Shown: positions 41,482-41,547 of the stretch, in pieces | Layout: every line of letters begins with the position of its first letter | Position numbering within the stretch: position 1 is the stretch's first letter | Source: a virus | Lineage: Duplodnaviria > Heunggongvirae > Uroviricota > Caudoviricetes | Length of the DNA stretch: 41,547 nt | Virus record (IMG/VR): IMGVR_UViG_3300028833_002727 | Reading direction: 5' to 3' (one strand) | Notes under the pieces: generated by a model | Told to the model about the DNA's origin: nothing | What the model saw: only the letters and a program-made list of their open reading frames with translations | Databases searched by the model: none | Program-made: the position numbers and the translations under genes

Positions 41482-41547
41482 ATGGCAAAGATTAAAGTAA
41501 CAAGCCCAATATTGAAAATCGGTGCACCAATGTCGAATGGTTTGATT
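41482..41547 (+). CDS. Hypothetical protein, 3'-truncated by the window edge
   Basis: ATG 41482 is open to the end of the window (MAKIKVTSPILKIG...). Confidence 0.5.
   Translation, partial: MAKIKVTSPILKIGAPMSNGLI

Noticed and set aside
1-41547. TAG-to-Gln recoding as in Lak megaphages
   Set aside because: All recognisable enzymes are full length in code 11 and no conserved protein is split at TAG. TAG ends six genes (8069, 10820, 32969, 36058, 39149, 41427). Nearby backup stops are expected in AT-rich DNA. TAG 32969 is in frame with ATG 32976, so a suppressor tRNA elsewhere in the genome cannot be excluded.
1-41547. tRNA genes, inteins, diversity-generating retroelement, integrase/att sites
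   Set aside because: No cloverleaf, intein splice motifs, reverse transcriptase or tyrosine integrase was recognised by eye; tRNAscan-SE and HMM searches would be needed to exclude them fully.

Overview
A 41.5 kb AT-rich segment of a large dsDNA bacteriophage (jumbo-phage style), most likely infecting a Bacteroidota host. The host call rests on five intergenic or gene-end TTTG-N20-TAnnTTTG promoters and A-rich leaders that mostly lack a Shine-Dalgarno sequence. About 75 tightly packed genes all lie on the + strand and read in the standard code; no capsid, tail or replicase genes are recognisable. Content: NAD+ salvage genes (pnuC, nadD, nadE, pncA); RNA end-healing and sealing genes (Rnl2-type ligase, Pnk/phosphatase, 2H phosphoesterase, Tpt1/KptA, RlaP-like nucleotidyltransferase); nucleotide-pool enzymes (GMPR/IMPDH-like, dUTPase, ThyX-like, Nudix, four calcineurin-like phosphoesterase domains); DnaJ; an acyl carrier protein; a CofE-like ligase; an endolysin; and many small hypotheticals. 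Highlights: (1) a radical SAM gene translationally coupled to a protein ending in repeated Gly-Gly-Cys units, a candidate phage RiPP-like modification system; (2) a ~3.07 kb four-gene IS607 element whose ends can be read from the sequence (GG cores at 32990-32991 and 36065-36066), which splits a phage gene, carries a cargo gene between tnpA and a long tnpB, and supplies an in-frame replacement start codon; (3) a promoter-proximal ~100-nt structured RNA with alternative folds at 26046-26146; (4) a deamidating (Preiss-Handler type) NAD salvage set distinct from the NARP1/NARP2 anti-defence routes. All family calls come from motif reading by eye, not from database searches.
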